A DNA stretch of 64,000 bases from Candidatus Ratteibacteria bacterium (GCA_041656495.1 JBBADJ010000002.1:1-64000), one strand, 5' to 3'; positions 18,760 to 28,536 are shown, counted from the first letter of the stretch. Program-made: numbers and translations. The notes: generated by a model from the letters alone, not told the origin.

Positions 18760-19722
18760 TTAGACTGCCATAGTTTCAAGAAGGTTCAATTTTTCGTGTG
18801 GAAACGGAAGTTCATGCGAAACAACCTCTTGCAAAGGGATTCGGTCAATATGGTTATTCTTGATAGCAACCATCTTTCCGACATCTCCTTCAAGAAGCAT
18901 TGTTACTGCTTCGTTACCAAAAACTGTCGCCAACGCGCGAGTCTGAAAGGTTGGACTTCCGCCGCGTTGCAAATATCCAAGAACTACATACCGTACCTCT
19001 CTATCAGGACAGAGAGAAGCGATGGTGGCGGCAACTTCATGGGCTTTGCCCGCACCCTCCGCGAGAATGACAAGAGAGGTTATTTTTCCTTTTGCGTAAT
19101 CTGTATCAAGGCGCATTTTTACACGATCCCATTTAATGGGAAATTCTGGAAGAAGCGCTATCTCCGCTCCGGATGCGATCGCAATATCAAGGCCAAGAAA
19201 TCCATGTTCCCGGCCCATTACCTCAATCACAAAGATCCGTTCGTGACTGGTTGCTGTATCTCGGATCTTGTCAATGACTCCCACCGCGGTATTTACCGCG
19301 GTATCAAAACCCACAGTAGAATCAGTGCCAAAAAGGTCATTATCAATAGAGGCAGGGATATGAACCACAGGGAAGAGGGTATTTTCAAAGAAGGAAAGAG
19401 CGCCTGCCGCAGAACCGTCTCCGCCAATAACAACCAATCCGTCTATACCTGCAGAAAGAAGGTTTTTACAGGCAACCTTCTGAATAGCGCTATCATAAAA
19501 CTCTGTAAAACGGGTTGATCTGAGTATGGTTCCACCCTGGTTAATAATACCTCCCACGCTTCTGGCAGTCATAGGTTCAAAAAGAGATTCATACAGTCCA
19601 CGAAAGCCCCGCTTTACTCCCACCATAGCACAGCCATGGGAGACTCCTTTCCGTACTATTGCGCGGATTGCGCAGTTCATACCGGGCGCGTCTCCGCCAC
19701 TGGTAAGGATCGCTATTTTCAC
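18760..19722 (-). CDS. pfkA: ATP-dependent 6-phosphofructokinase (PfkA family)
   Basis: KIAILTSGGDAPGMN, GGDGS and PASIDND motifs. A GTG start at 19722 sits 8 nt after a GGAGGG SD. The listed ATG at 19824 would add a non-homologous extension of about 34 aa. Confidence 0.75.
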   Translation of the reverse strand: MKIAILTSGGDAPGMNCAIRAIVRKGVSHGCAMVGVKRGFRGLYESLFEPMTARSVGGIINQGGTILRSTRFTEFYDSAIQKVACKNLLSAGIDGLVVIGGDGSAAGALSFFENTLFPVVHIPASIDNDLFGTDSTVGFDTAVNTAVGVIDKIRDTATSHERIFVIEVMGREHGFLGLDIAIASGAEIALLPEFPIKWDRVKMRLDTDYAKGKITSLVILAEGAGKAHEVAATIASLCPDREVRYVVLGYLQRGGSPTFQTRALATVFGNEAVTMLLEGDVGKMVAIKNNHIDRIPLQEVVSHELPFPHEKLNLLETMAV

Positions 19723-19724
19723 TC

Positions 19725-20798
19725 TTAGTACCCTCCACCCTCTAAGGAAAAAGTTCTTGATACGGATGATTCCTTTACAAGCGCCTTTGCTTCCTCTTGC
19801 ACCGAGGCGCATTCGCTCCACCATGGACGACTCATTGCACCTGCCAGATTTCTGATAAGATCTATTCTTGGAAGTGCGATTCGAGCAAAAGATTCACCGA
19901 GACTCTTCCAATCTTTGGTATGGCTATCGGTAAATGACTCCTTAAAATAGGCTCTGCCGCACATAGGACCAGAAACAAGATCGCATACAATACCATACTG
20001 CGCCGCATATTGTTCAAAATCTACAGCGGCGCTAAGAAGAAGCATAGGACGGGGAACAAAACGTTTCATAGAAAGAACTGTTTCCCGTACCTGTGCAGGC
20101 GTAGATGCCCGATGTGCGATGCCATTCTCTTCGTACCACAAGATCGGGACCTGTGTTTTATAAAAATGGCCGTACGAACCAAAGGATTCCGCCATTGCCA
20201 CAAGATCTTCAGGAAGACGGGCCGCAAACTCTCTTTTAGATTCTCCCGGCAACGGCATAAGTACGGTTTCAGTAAAAAGCGGTTTATGCAATTTCTGCGC
20301 TCGCTGAAAAAGATCTTCCGCGAAAGCCTGGTTCTTCTCCCAACTCTCGCGATGAGAAGGATTAAGAATCAGCATAATCTTAAAGGCATCCAATTGGTCT
20401 ATGACCTCTTCAGGTTCTATAGAAAGACGGGCGAGTTTGCCCATGCCATGATCCAGTTCTTCAGGAAAAGAGTCTTCAAGACGTCCGATCAGCATAATAT
20501 CTTTTCCTAAGAGTTCCCGAAATCCCGGTCTTTGATAGGCAAGATGATTAAAAAGGACCGCGGTGGTATGGTTCTTTAAGTATGGAGCAAAAGTAAGACA
20601 AATCTGGCGGACATCCTCATCATCGGGTTTTTTCTCTACTCTGATATGTGTAAAGTAGGAGGATGCTAATTTCAAATAGGAATTATGTTGATCCGATGCA
20701 AAGACATCAATAATTCCAGAAGGAGCCGCATGTGCAAGCAAGGTGAATATTTCTTTGCTGATTGTCGTGCCATCAGAATACTCTGCCCATCTATCCAT
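19725..20798 (-). CDS. LacD/YihT-family class I aldolase (tagatose-1,6-bisphosphate aldolase-like)
   Basis: It aligns to LacD across its length: GIIDVFASDQHNSYLKL vs GIISALAFDQRGALKRM, and LLLSAAVDFEQY...GPMCGRAYF vs IYLSAGVSAELF...GVLCGRATW. The start Met (MDRWAEY) is preceded by AGGAGG. Confidence 0.6.
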   Translation of the reverse strand: MDRWAEYSDGTTISKEIFTLLAHAAPSGIIDVFASDQHNSYLKLASSYFTHIRVEKKPDDEDVRQICLTFAPYLKNHTTAVLFNHLAYQRPGFRELLGKDIMLIGRLEDSFPEELDHGMGKLARLSIEPEEVIDQLDAFKIMLILNPSHRESWEKNQAFAEDLFQRAQKLHKPLFTETVLMPLPGESKREFAARLPEDLVAMAESFGSYGHFYKTQVPILWYEENGIAHRASTPAQVRETVLSMKRFVPRPMLLLSAAVDFEQYAAQYGIVCDLVSGPMCGRAYFKESFTDSHTKDWKSLGESFARIALPRIDLIRNLAGAMSRPWWSECASVQEEAKALVKESSVSRTFSLEGGGY

Positions 20799-20838
20799 TT
20801 TCTTCCTCCTTGAATCTTCTATAAGAAAAATGGGATGT

Positions 20839-21852
20839 TTAGTAAAAAAAGAGATGCGCCAGTTCAAACCAACTCTTCTCTAAAGTTTTTAATTTCTCTA
20901 CCGCCTTCTCAAGAGAGACCGCTTCCACACGATCTCCCCGCAAACATGCCATCATCCCAAACTTTTTTTCTTCAATAAGTTCCGCGGCTTTTACTCCTAC
21001 CCGAAGCCCTAAAATTCTGTCGTACACCGTAGGACTTCCTCCCCTCTGGATATGTCCAAATTGAGAAGAACGCGTTTCAATGCCCGTAGACCTTTGTATC
21101 ATATCTGCAATAGTTTCGGCAACTCCTCCCACTGTTCGGTGTCCAAAATCATCACATTCTTTCTCTTCGGAATCTTTGAAAAGTTCTACTCCTTCCGATA
21201 CAATGACAAGGCCGGTTTTTTTGCGTTTCCAGACTTTCGCAAGATGTGTATACATCGCTTCGTAATCATTCGGAAACTCCGGAACAATGCACCAATCAGC
21301 GCCAGCGGCAAGAGAGGTAAATGCCGCAACCCATCCTGCATGTCTTCCCATAACTTCTGCCACCATAATCCGACGATGAGACGTGCCTGTATCTATAAGG
21401 GATTCACACGCCTCCACAGCACGACTTACCGCACTATGAAAACCAAAGGTATAATCAGTCGCAAACAGGTCATTATCTATTGTTTTCGGAACACCCACAA
21501 TATTTACTCCAGAAGAGAAGAGCCGCGACGCAACTCCAAGGGTATCTTCTCCTCCCATAGCCACAAGAGCATCAATACCCATCATTGCCATATTTGCTTT
21601 TACGGTCTCTATTCCATGGTCCCGACGGATAAGGTTAAAACGAGAAGTTCCCACTATCGTGCCGCCTTTTCCAACGATCTTATCCACCTCTTCAATAGGA
21701 AGAGGGATTGATTCTGCGTGGTATAGACCTTTCCATCCTTCAAGAATACCTATACATTCATTACCAAAACAGAGACTCTGTACCACACATCCGCGGATCG
21801 CCTGATTTAATCCCGGGCAATCTCCTCCACCTGTAAGAATTCCTATCTTCAT
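20839..21852 (-). CDS. Second PfkA-family phosphofructokinase paralog (GGEDT variant; possibly PPi-dependent or with an alternative ketose-phosphate substrate)
   Basis: KIGILTGGGDCPGLN and PKTIDND motifs. The Gly-Gly-Asp-Gly motif is replaced by MGGEDT. Confidence 0.7.
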   Translation of the reverse strand: MKIGILTGGGDCPGLNQAIRGCVVQSLCFGNECIGILEGWKGLYHAESIPLPIEEVDKIVGKGGTIVGTSRFNLIRRDHGIETVKANMAMMGIDALVAMGGEDTLGVASRLFSSGVNIVGVPKTIDNDLFATDYTFGFHSAVSRAVEACESLIDTGTSHRRIMVAEVMGRHAGWVAAFTSLAAGADWCIVPEFPNDYEAMYTHLAKVWKRKKTGLVIVSEGVELFKDSEEKECDDFGHRTVGGVAETIADMIQRSTGIETRSSQFGHIQRGGSPTVYDRILGLRVGVKAAELIEEKKFGMMACLRGDRVEAVSLEKAVEKLKTLEKSWFELAHLFFY

Positions 21853-21945
21853 AGCTCCTCCGAACCCAAAATAGTAACTTGAAACAGGTCATTATTCCGG
21901 GATTTTTCTTCAGATGCCTTTTCCGTGATAATTTCTTACAGAGTA

Positions 21946-22407
21946 TTAGAAAATACTCTCCCGGTATTTCTGAAGTTTTTTTAAAAGTGACTTCTCTCTT
22001 CTTGCAAGAATCGCCACCGCAAACAGAGCGGCATTTTTTACTCCCGCCTTTCCAATCGCCATAGTTGCCACAGGAATTCCTCCCGGCATCTGAACAATAG
22101 CAAGAAGAGAATCCATGCCTTTGATATCGCTGGTAGGAAGAGGAACTCCTATCACGGGAAGAACGGTCTTTGCCGCAATAACACCGGGAAGATGCGCGGC
22201 CATACCAGCCACCGCAATAATAACTTCAAAACCATTCTCTTCCGCGGAAGAGGCAAATGCAGATACCTTATCAAGGCTACGATGCGCAGACATTACTTCT
22301 ACACTATATGCAACTCCGAATTCTTCCAAGACCGAAGTAGCGCCTTCAAGAAAGGGAAGGTCTGTTTTGCTTCCCACAATAATAGCAACGCAAGGTTGTG
22401 GTTTCAT
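21946..22407 (-). CDS. purE: N5-carboxyaminoimidazole ribonucleotide mutase
   Basis: 153 aa with PurE motifs (VAIIVGSKTDL, AGMAAHLPGV). Confidence 0.8.
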   Translation of the reverse strand: MKPQPCVAIIVGSKTDLPFLEGATSVLEEFGVAYSVEVMSAHRSLDKVSAFASSAEENGFEVIIAVAGMAAHLPGVIAAKTVLPVIGVPLPTSDIKGMDSLLAIVQMPGGIPVATMAIGKAGVKNAALFAVAILARREKSLLKKLQKYRESIF

Positions 22408-23555
22408 ATATTATCCATCCGTGACAATGCCTCGGTAATCTTCTCTTCATCAATGGTAAGAGCAAAACGAACATACTCTTTTCCAGAGGGACCAAACCCT
22501 ATTCCGGGTGTTACGACAATCTGTGCCTTCTCAAGAAGGGTTCGTGCAAAATCTGCGCCGTCGCCAGAAACCTTAAGCCAAACGTAAAAGGTTGCTTCAG
22601 GAGCAATAATCTCCGGGAAGCGTTTTTTTAATCCTTCAACGAGTACATCGCGTCTTCGCTGATAGATCGCGCGAAGATTGGCAACATCGGTCTGAGGACC
22701 AACCAATGCTTCAAGACCCGCAAGTTGCAAGGCTTCAAAAGTGCCGGAATCTATATTTTCTTTCAGGGTGGCAAGACCCTTGACAAGCGAGGGGTTTCCA
22801 CAAGCCCAGCCAACCCGCCAGCCAGTCATATTATAGGTCTTTGAAAGAGAATGGAATTCAATTCCTACCTCTTTTGCACCCGGAAGAGAAAGAAAACTAA
22901 TCGGTCGTTTTCCTTCATAAAAAATCTCGGCATAGGCCGCATCGTACAGAAGGATAATATGATGATCTTTGCAAAATTGAATAGCCTCAAGGAGAAACTC
23001 TTCCGGTGCACAACAACTTGTGGGATTGTTAGGATAATTAAGGTAAAGAAGTTTTGCTTTTTCACGCACAGAAGAAGGAATCGCGCCTAAATCCGGAAGG
23101 AATCCATTAGACTGCTGAAGCGGCATAAAATAGCTCTGGCCACCAGCAAGAAAAGTTCCGATATGGTATACAGGATAACCTGGCTCGGGAATCAAGGCAT
23201 ATTCTCCGGGATTCAAAAAAGCAAAAGGAAAATGGGCAATACCCTCTTTTGAACCGATTAATACGCATATCTCTTCTTCTGGATCAATAGAGGCATTGTA
23301 ATATCTGTCATAGTATCCGGAAATCGCATTTCGGAAATCTTTCCTTCCTTTTCCAAAGGGGTACCGGTGTACAGAAGAATCTGATACCGAACATTTTAAG
23401 GCCTCCACAATACGTGGGAGTGTAGGCATATCTGGGTCTCCGACCCCAAAATTGATAACCTCAAAACCCTTCTCTTGTAACTCCTTCTTCTTTCGGTCAA
23501 TCTCAATAAAAAGATAGGGAGGAAGCCCTCCCATCCTTTCGCTCAACTTCCACAT
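22404..23555 (-). CDS. dapL: LL-diaminopimelate aminotransferase-like class I aminotransferase
   Basis: PLP Lys motif SLSKTYNMTGWRVGW and an N-terminus typical of DapL. It is adjacent to dapB. Confidence 0.7.
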   Translation of the reverse strand: MWKLSERMGGLPPYLFIEIDRKKKELQEKGFEVINFGVGDPDMPTLPRIVEALKCSVSDSSVHRYPFGKGRKDFRNAISGYYDRYYNASIDPEEEICVLIGSKEGIAHFPFAFLNPGEYALIPEPGYPVYHIGTFLAGGQSYFMPLQQSNGFLPDLGAIPSSVREKAKLLYLNYPNNPTSCCAPEEFLLEAIQFCKDHHIILLYDAAYAEIFYEGKRPISFLSLPGAKEVGIEFHSLSKTYNMTGWRVGWACGNPSLVKGLATLKENIDSGTFEALQLAGLEALVGPQTDVANLRAIYQRRRDVLVEGLKKRFPEIIAPEATFYVWLKVSGDGADFARTLLEKAQIVVTPGIGFGPSGKEYVRFALTIDEEKITEALSRMDNI

Positions 23556-23586
23556 AGCGAGATCTCCTGTGTTAGCAAAGAATTGG

Positions 23587-24393
23587 TCATGGTTTCTCCG
23601 ACACCCTTCTCATCCAAGAAATAACATCCTTCATTGCATATAGTCCGGAATCTTGTGTAAGAAGAAACTTTGCCGCGAGAATCGCGCCCGCCGCAAAAGA
23701 TTCCCGAGTAAAACAACGATGGGAAAGCTCAAGGATTTCTCCAGGACCTGCAAAGAAAACCTGATGTTCTCCCACAACCTCGCCAAGACGGATTGCATGG
23801 ATGCCTATCTCATCCTTAGATCGGGGACCCGGCCTTCCGGATCGTCCAAAAGTAAAGACTTTTTTCGGAGAGAGGTCTCTTGCATGGCAGACAATCTCTC
23901 CCAACTTAAGTGCAGTTCCGCTTGGAGCATCTTCTTTGTTATGGTGGTGTGTTTCAACTATTTCCACCTCATATCCGGGAAGAAGAGATGTCGCATACTC
24001 TAAAATCTCCATCATACAGTTCACGCCAAGAGACATATTCGGAGCCATAAGAAGAGGAATCTTTTTTGCATAGAGAGCCGCGGCCTCTTTCTGAGCGGAA
24101 GAAAATCCCGTGGTACCGATTACCATGGGAAAAGCACGTTCCGCGGCAAATGCGAGATTCTGCATAGAAGCGTCGGGAACGCTGAAATCAATAGATACAT
24201 CAATCCGAGTTTCTCTTCCGGGAAAAGTATCTCTTACCGCAATACCCGGGAGTATTTCAACCCCGATACAGGGATGACCTTTCGCTTCAATAAAGAGATT
24301 GGGCGAAAGAAGAGGATCCTCGGAAAGAAGGGAAAGAATCGTTTTTCCCATTCTTCCGCATGCTCCGCATATACAGAGATTTTTTTTCGTCAT
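23587..24393 (-). CDS. dapB: 4-hydroxy-tetrahydrodipicolinate reductase
   Basis: N-terminal GACGRMG Rossmann motif and EIVETHHHNKEDAPSGTA (DapB signature). Confidence 0.8.
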   Translation of the reverse strand: MTKKNLCICGACGRMGKTILSLLSEDPLLSPNLFIEAKGHPCIGVEILPGIAVRDTFPGRETRIDVSIDFSVPDASMQNLAFAAERAFPMVIGTTGFSSAQKEAAALYAKKIPLLMAPNMSLGVNCMMEILEYATSLLPGYEVEIVETHHHNKEDAPSGTALKLGEIVCHARDLSPKKVFTFGRSGRPGPRSKDEIGIHAIRLGEVVGEHQVFFAGPGEILELSHRCFTRESFAAGAILAAKFLLTQDSGLYAMKDVISWMRRVSEKP

Positions 24394-25661
24394 GATATAT
24401 CCTTTTTTCGGCTGATGGAAGCGCCAAGAGAAGCAAGTTTATCTTCAAACTTTTCATAGCCCCGAAAAAGATGGTAGACCCGAGAAACAGAGGTTGTCCC
24501 TTCTGCCGCAAGTCCCGCGATAACAAGCGCCGCACTTGCGCGAAGGTCAGAAGCCATAACACGCGCTCCTTTCAAACCTTCCACACCCCGCACAATCGCG
24601 CCAGAGCCATCCAGCAAAATATTGCTTCCAAGGCGATTTAATTCTCCAGTATGAATAAAACGTTCTGGAAAAACCTTTTCTGTTACAATACTTACTCCGC
24701 GGGCAATGGTAAGAAGCGCCATCATCTGTGCCTGAAGATCGGTCGGAAATCCCGGATAAGCGAGAGTTACAATATCTACCGCATTCCATCCGCGGGAGCC
24801 ATCTGCTTCAATCGCATGGTCGTAAAGAGAGACTGGAATACCTGCTTCCTTGAGTTTTTCAATAAATGCGCCAAGATGACGGGGACAACAGTTCTCTACT
24901 GCAACCTTTCCTCTGGTCATTATACCAGAAAGAAGGAAGGTTCCTGCCTCTATCCTGTCCGGAATAATGGTATATTCAACACCCTGTAAACTAGAAACAC
25001 CCTCAATCCGAATTAATGGAGAACCCGCGCCTTGTATCTTTGCGCCCATGGCAGTAAGAAATCCCGCAAGATCCACTACCTCTGGTTCACAGGCGGCAAA
25101 TTCTATACAGGTTTCTCCCTGCGCCAACACTGCCGCAGACATTAAGTTGCAGGTAGCAAGAACGCTTGAACCAAAGTTACCGCCAAGAAAAATATAGGTT
25201 CCTTTCAATGGTCCTGAACTCTCTGCATTAATATATCCCTGCTCAATGCCAACAGAAACACCAAGTTTTTCAAGCCCTTTCAGATGAAGATCAATAGGAC
25301 GAGAACCAATAACACAACCACCGGGAAGTGAAAAACGAGCAGATCCAAATTTAGAGATCAGCGGACCAAGCAGAGAAACAGAGGCCCGCATTGTTTTCAC
25401 AAACTCATAGGGAGCATCGCTCTTTGAGACCGAAGAAGGATCTATTGTAAGGGTTCCTCCGGAAAAGGAGACCCTTGCTCCAAGATATTCAAGAATCTTC
25501 CGCATGGTTGCGACATCCTGAAGATCCGGAACATTATGGATAATACTTTTCTGAGAGGTAAGTATAGATGCCGCCATAATAGGCAAAACCGCATTTTTTG
25601 CACCGGAAACAGGAATCGCGCCCGATAATCGGGCTCCTCCTGTAATCTCAAAGAGATCCAT
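24390..25661 (-). CDS. murA: UDP-N-acetylglucosamine 1-carboxyvinyltransferase
   Basis: 423 aa EPSP-synthase-fold MurA (GAKNAVLPI, catalytic Cys loop GGCVIGSRPIDLH). Confidence 0.85.
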   Translation of the reverse strand: MDLFEITGGARLSGAIPVSGAKNAVLPIMAASILTSQKSIIHNVPDLQDVATMRKILEYLGARVSFSGGTLTIDPSSVSKSDAPYEFVKTMRASVSLLGPLISKFGSARFSLPGGCVIGSRPIDLHLKGLEKLGVSVGIEQGYINAESSGPLKGTYIFLGGNFGSSVLATCNLMSAAVLAQGETCIEFAACEPEVVDLAGFLTAMGAKIQGAGSPLIRIEGVSSLQGVEYTIIPDRIEAGTFLLSGIMTRGKVAVENCCPRHLGAFIEKLKEAGIPVSLYDHAIEADGSRGWNAVDIVTLAYPGFPTDLQAQMMALLTIARGVSIVTEKVFPERFIHTGELNRLGSNILLDGSGAIVRGVEGLKGARVMASDLRASAALVIAGLAAEGTTSVSRVYHLFRGYEKFEDKLASLGASISRKKDIS

Positions 25662-25823
25662 GAATTTCTCCCTTCAAACAATGTTATACACGTACTAATG
25701 CAAGATGAGTGTATTTCTGAAAGAGATCGCGGGGCACCTTCAAAAAAAAGCTCTTTTGCGACCTTCCCCCACAATACTTGCATTGTATCATATCAAAATC
25801 TATTTTTACAATAAAACCGCTTC

Positions 25824-26768
25824 CTAACAATACTCTATGTCCTCTGGAATCTTTTTAAAAACAAGTACGCGATCTTTTCCCGCAAGATCTTTCCGAACTT
25901 CGCACAGTCGTAAAGGTTCTTCTGCTAAAGATGCCACAGGAATCGCTCCCCATTCAGGAATTTCTACTATAAGAAAGCCTCCCCTCTGAAGAAAGTCTGG
26001 AGCCGAACGAAGAATCTTTCGGTAAAAAAAAAGCCCGTCTTCTCCTCCATAAAGCGCCTGGCGCGGTTCATACAAAAGCTCTGGATCAGCGGAAGAAAGT
26101 TCTTTTCCGGAAAGATAGGGAGGATTTGCAAGAATAAGGTCATACCTGAACCTAAAGGAGGGAAAAAGATCTTCCTGAAGCACGATAATACGGTTAGTAA
26201 GACCGGATTCCAATATATTGGTAGAGGCAATTTGAACAGCAATCAATGAAATATCGGTCGCGTAAATAGTGGAGGAAGGAAATTCTCGGCCAAGCGCTAT
26301 CGCCAAACATCCGCTTCCAGTGCATAACTCAAGTATCATGCTCTTCTGAGTAGAGTCGCACCATTCGCATGAAGTCTCTATAAGAATTTCGCTTTCAGAC
26401 CGCGGCACCAATACTCCCGGACCAACTCCGAGAGAATCTTTCCAAAACCATACCCTTCGGAGAAGATAAGCAAGAGGAATACGGCGGCGCCTACGTTGAA
26501 TAAGAGAGAAAAAAAATCTTTTATGTTCAGGTGTAAGAGTCCGCGGAGAAAGGTATATGCAACAACGAGATATGCCAAGGACATGGGCAAGAAGAAGTTC
26601 TGATTCAAAAAGGGAGTCGGAAATTCCCGCATTAGAAAGAAGCAATACTCCTTCCCGAAGCAGAGCGCGAATCTCTGCTTGAACTCTATTATCCTTTTTT
26701 TTCAGGGAGATTTTTTTCCGATTTTTCCTGGGGTTTTGCAGTTTTTCCAAGTATTTTTGAGGCGGCAT
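25824..26768 (-). CDS. prmC: Release-factor glutamine methyltransferase (start uncertain)
   Basis: Class I MTase motif ILELCTGSGCLAIAL and the NPPY substrate motif (LILANPPYL). The conserved region begins right at the upstream gene's stop, so the start either overlaps that gene by about 80 bp (ATG at 26768) or is a non-ATG codon. Confidence 0.7.
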   Translation of the reverse strand: MPPQKYLEKLQNPRKNRKKISLKKKDNRVQAEIRALLREGVLLLSNAGISDSLFESELLLAHVLGISRCCIYLSPRTLTPEHKRFFFSLIQRRRRRIPLAYLLRRVWFWKDSLGVGPGVLVPRSESEILIETSCEWCDSTQKSMILELCTGSGCLAIALGREFPSSTIYATDISLIAVQIASTNILESGLTNRIIVLQEDLFPSFRFRYDLILANPPYLSGKELSSADPELLYEPRQALYGGEDGLFFYRKILRSAPDFLQRGGFLIVEIPEWGAIPVASLAEEPLRLCEVRKDLAGKDRVLVFKKIPEDIEYC

Positions 26769-28536
26769 TCTTCACTTCAGATTGCGAATCATTCCCACTG
26801 ATATAATCAAGAAGTTCGCTGTATTCAGGGTTTTTGTTCTCTCGCAGGTAAGTGCCAAGAACTGCGATAATACCGGTCCGTAAAGTAATTTCTTCGCGCG
26901 AAATCTGTCCATAATCTTCTTTTAACCGGGAAACAAGCTGTTCAAGGCCACCATAATTGCCAAGTCTGGCTCGCGCGAGTCCATATCTAAGAAGAAAATT
27001 TCTGCTTTCATACTCTTTCCATGCTCTTTCTATATCAGAAAGATGTTTTGTTTGTCCCATCAGTCCAATAACCTCAATAAGGTTTAATGCAAAGAGCTGT
27101 TCCTGCTGAAGTTCATCGGTTACCTGCGAAGCTTGACTGGAAAAATCTACCTGTACCTGCATCATTTCATCCTGATACGAAGATACAGGAGCCATTCCCG
27201 CCATCGGAACAGGAGCGGCATCTCCAAACTTTTGTGCGAGAAGAAATTCATATTTCTGGCGTTCTGCGATAAGTTTTCCGTTCTCTTCTTCTCCTTGTCT
27301 GATAAGACGATTTTTTTTCCTTATTTCTGTTTCTTCTTTTTTCATATCGTCTCTGATCTTCTTTATCTCCGCGAGATTTAAAGAAGTACGCGCTCCTGCC
27401 GCCTGACCTTCAGGCAGAAAACCCGTATCCTCCGGCATCATTGAAAGTTTCTGTCGTAGTTGTTCATGTTGTTGCTGATGAAGATAGAGTTCCTGCTGAA
27501 GTGAAACCTTTTTAACTTCAAAATCCTCAATCTTTTTTGTAATCTTCTCTATTTCATTTTTCGCGCTAGCTTTCATAGCAAGACGTGCGTCTACTAAAGA
27601 TTTCAATACATTGCTTAATCTATCGGCAACACTCTCAGAACCTGCGGAAACTACTGCTTGAAGCGCTGTGAGTTTTATATCAAAACTCTCATTTTTAGCG
27701 GATAACAAGCCTACTAAAAACTCTCCTGCTTGAGGAAGTCCGGTCTTTCCAATAATTAAAAGAATCTGTTTTCTGGTCTCTAAATCTTTTTCTCTCTCTG
27801 CAAGCGTCACAAACTGGTCGTAAAAAGGTTCAAGAACTCCTTTCTTCTGCGCCAAAAGCAATCTTGCGGCCTCCCTTCGTTTTGTGTCAACTCCGAAACG
27901 AAGCTCTTTTACCAATGCTTCCGGGCTTTTTACGACAACTCTGGGAGTGTAATCGTCCGGCATTCCTTCTGTAGGCATTATGTCTGTATCCGGAGGCATA
28001 CCTTCCATGCCTTCACGAGCATCTGCTCCTTCTTCCTCTTCTTTTGTGTCTGCCTTCTCTTTCTTTGCTTTTTCTTCAAGTTCTTTCTCTTTCCACTGGA
28101 TGATAAGCTTCTGTTCCTGTAGCTCTCTCTGAATCTCCTGTATCCGAAGATCAGAGAGTTTTCCAGCTTCAGTACGAGGAGCGGTTTTTTTAATGAAAGC
28201 GAATTCTTCAAGGGCTTTCTCATCCTGACGCTGAAGAAGTGAAACATAGGCAAGAGAATATCTAATACTCTGATTCTGAGGATCCAGTTTCAAAGCCGAT
28301 TCATAGCTTTCCTTTGCCTTGTCTAACATACCTGCGCGAAGATAGGCATTGCCAAGCCACGCATATACATAAGTGTCTGACGTCTGTTCCTGACGCGCCT
28401 TTTCAAGAAGGGCGATCGCCTCACGGTACTCACCTGATTCAAGGCTGAAAATACCTTTCTTCAAGGAATCGGATAGTGGCGCGGCAATCGCAATGCCGCA
28501 TACCAATAGAAGTATCGCTAAAAAGTGTTTACCCAT
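26689..28536 (-). CDS. Secreted TPR plus coiled-coil plus HEAT-like repeat protein of unknown function
   Basis: Signal peptide [27 protein letters not shown]-like helices (YVYAWLGNAYLRAGMLDKAKESYESALKLDP), an acidic/coiled-coil middle, and HEAT-like repeats at both ends. Confidence 0.5.
   Translation of the reverse strand: MGKHFLAILLLVCGIAIAAPLSDSLKKGIFSLESGEYREAIALLEKARQEQTSDTYVYAWLGNAYLRAGMLDKAKESYESALKLDPQNQSIRYSLAYVSLLQRQDEKALEEFAFIKKTAPRTEAGKLSDLRIQEIQRELQEQKLIIQWKEKELEEKAKKEKADTKEEEEGADAREGMEGMPPDTDIMPTEGMPDDYTPRVVVKSPEALVKELRFGVDTKRREAARLLLAQKKGVLEPFYDQFVTLAEREKDLETRKQILLIIGKTGLPQAGEFLVGLLSAKNESFDIKLTALQAVVSAGSESVADRLSNVLKSLVDARLAMKASAKNEIEKITKKIEDFEVKKVSLQQELYLHQQQHEQLRQKLSMMPEDTGFLPEGQAAGARTSLNLAEIKKIRDDMKKEETEIRKKNRLIRQGEEENGKLIAERQKYEFLLAQKFGDAAPVPMAGMAPVSSYQDEMMQVQVDFSSQASQVTDELQQEQLFALNLIEVIGLMGQTKHLSDIERAWKEYESRNFLLRYGLARARLGNYGGLEQLVSRLKEDYGQISREEITLRTGIIAVLGTYLRENKNPEYSELLDYISGNDSQSEVKNAASKILGKTAKPQEKSEKNLPEKKG

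Noticed and set aside
16900-18760. Search for a TPP riboswitch upstream of thiC or ilvD
   Set aside because: No THI-box-like sequence was seen in the thiC/ilvD overlap region or in the 130-nt ilvD leader. It is reported as a finding (absence) rather than a feature.
10532-21711. Large antisense ORFs inside annotated genes (10532..11089, 11129..11905, 13954..14556, 18586..19518, 20010..20510, 21052..21711)
   Set aside because: Each lies opposite a gene with clear family signatures. Their translations are low-complexity or Cys/Arg-rich with no recognisable motifs.
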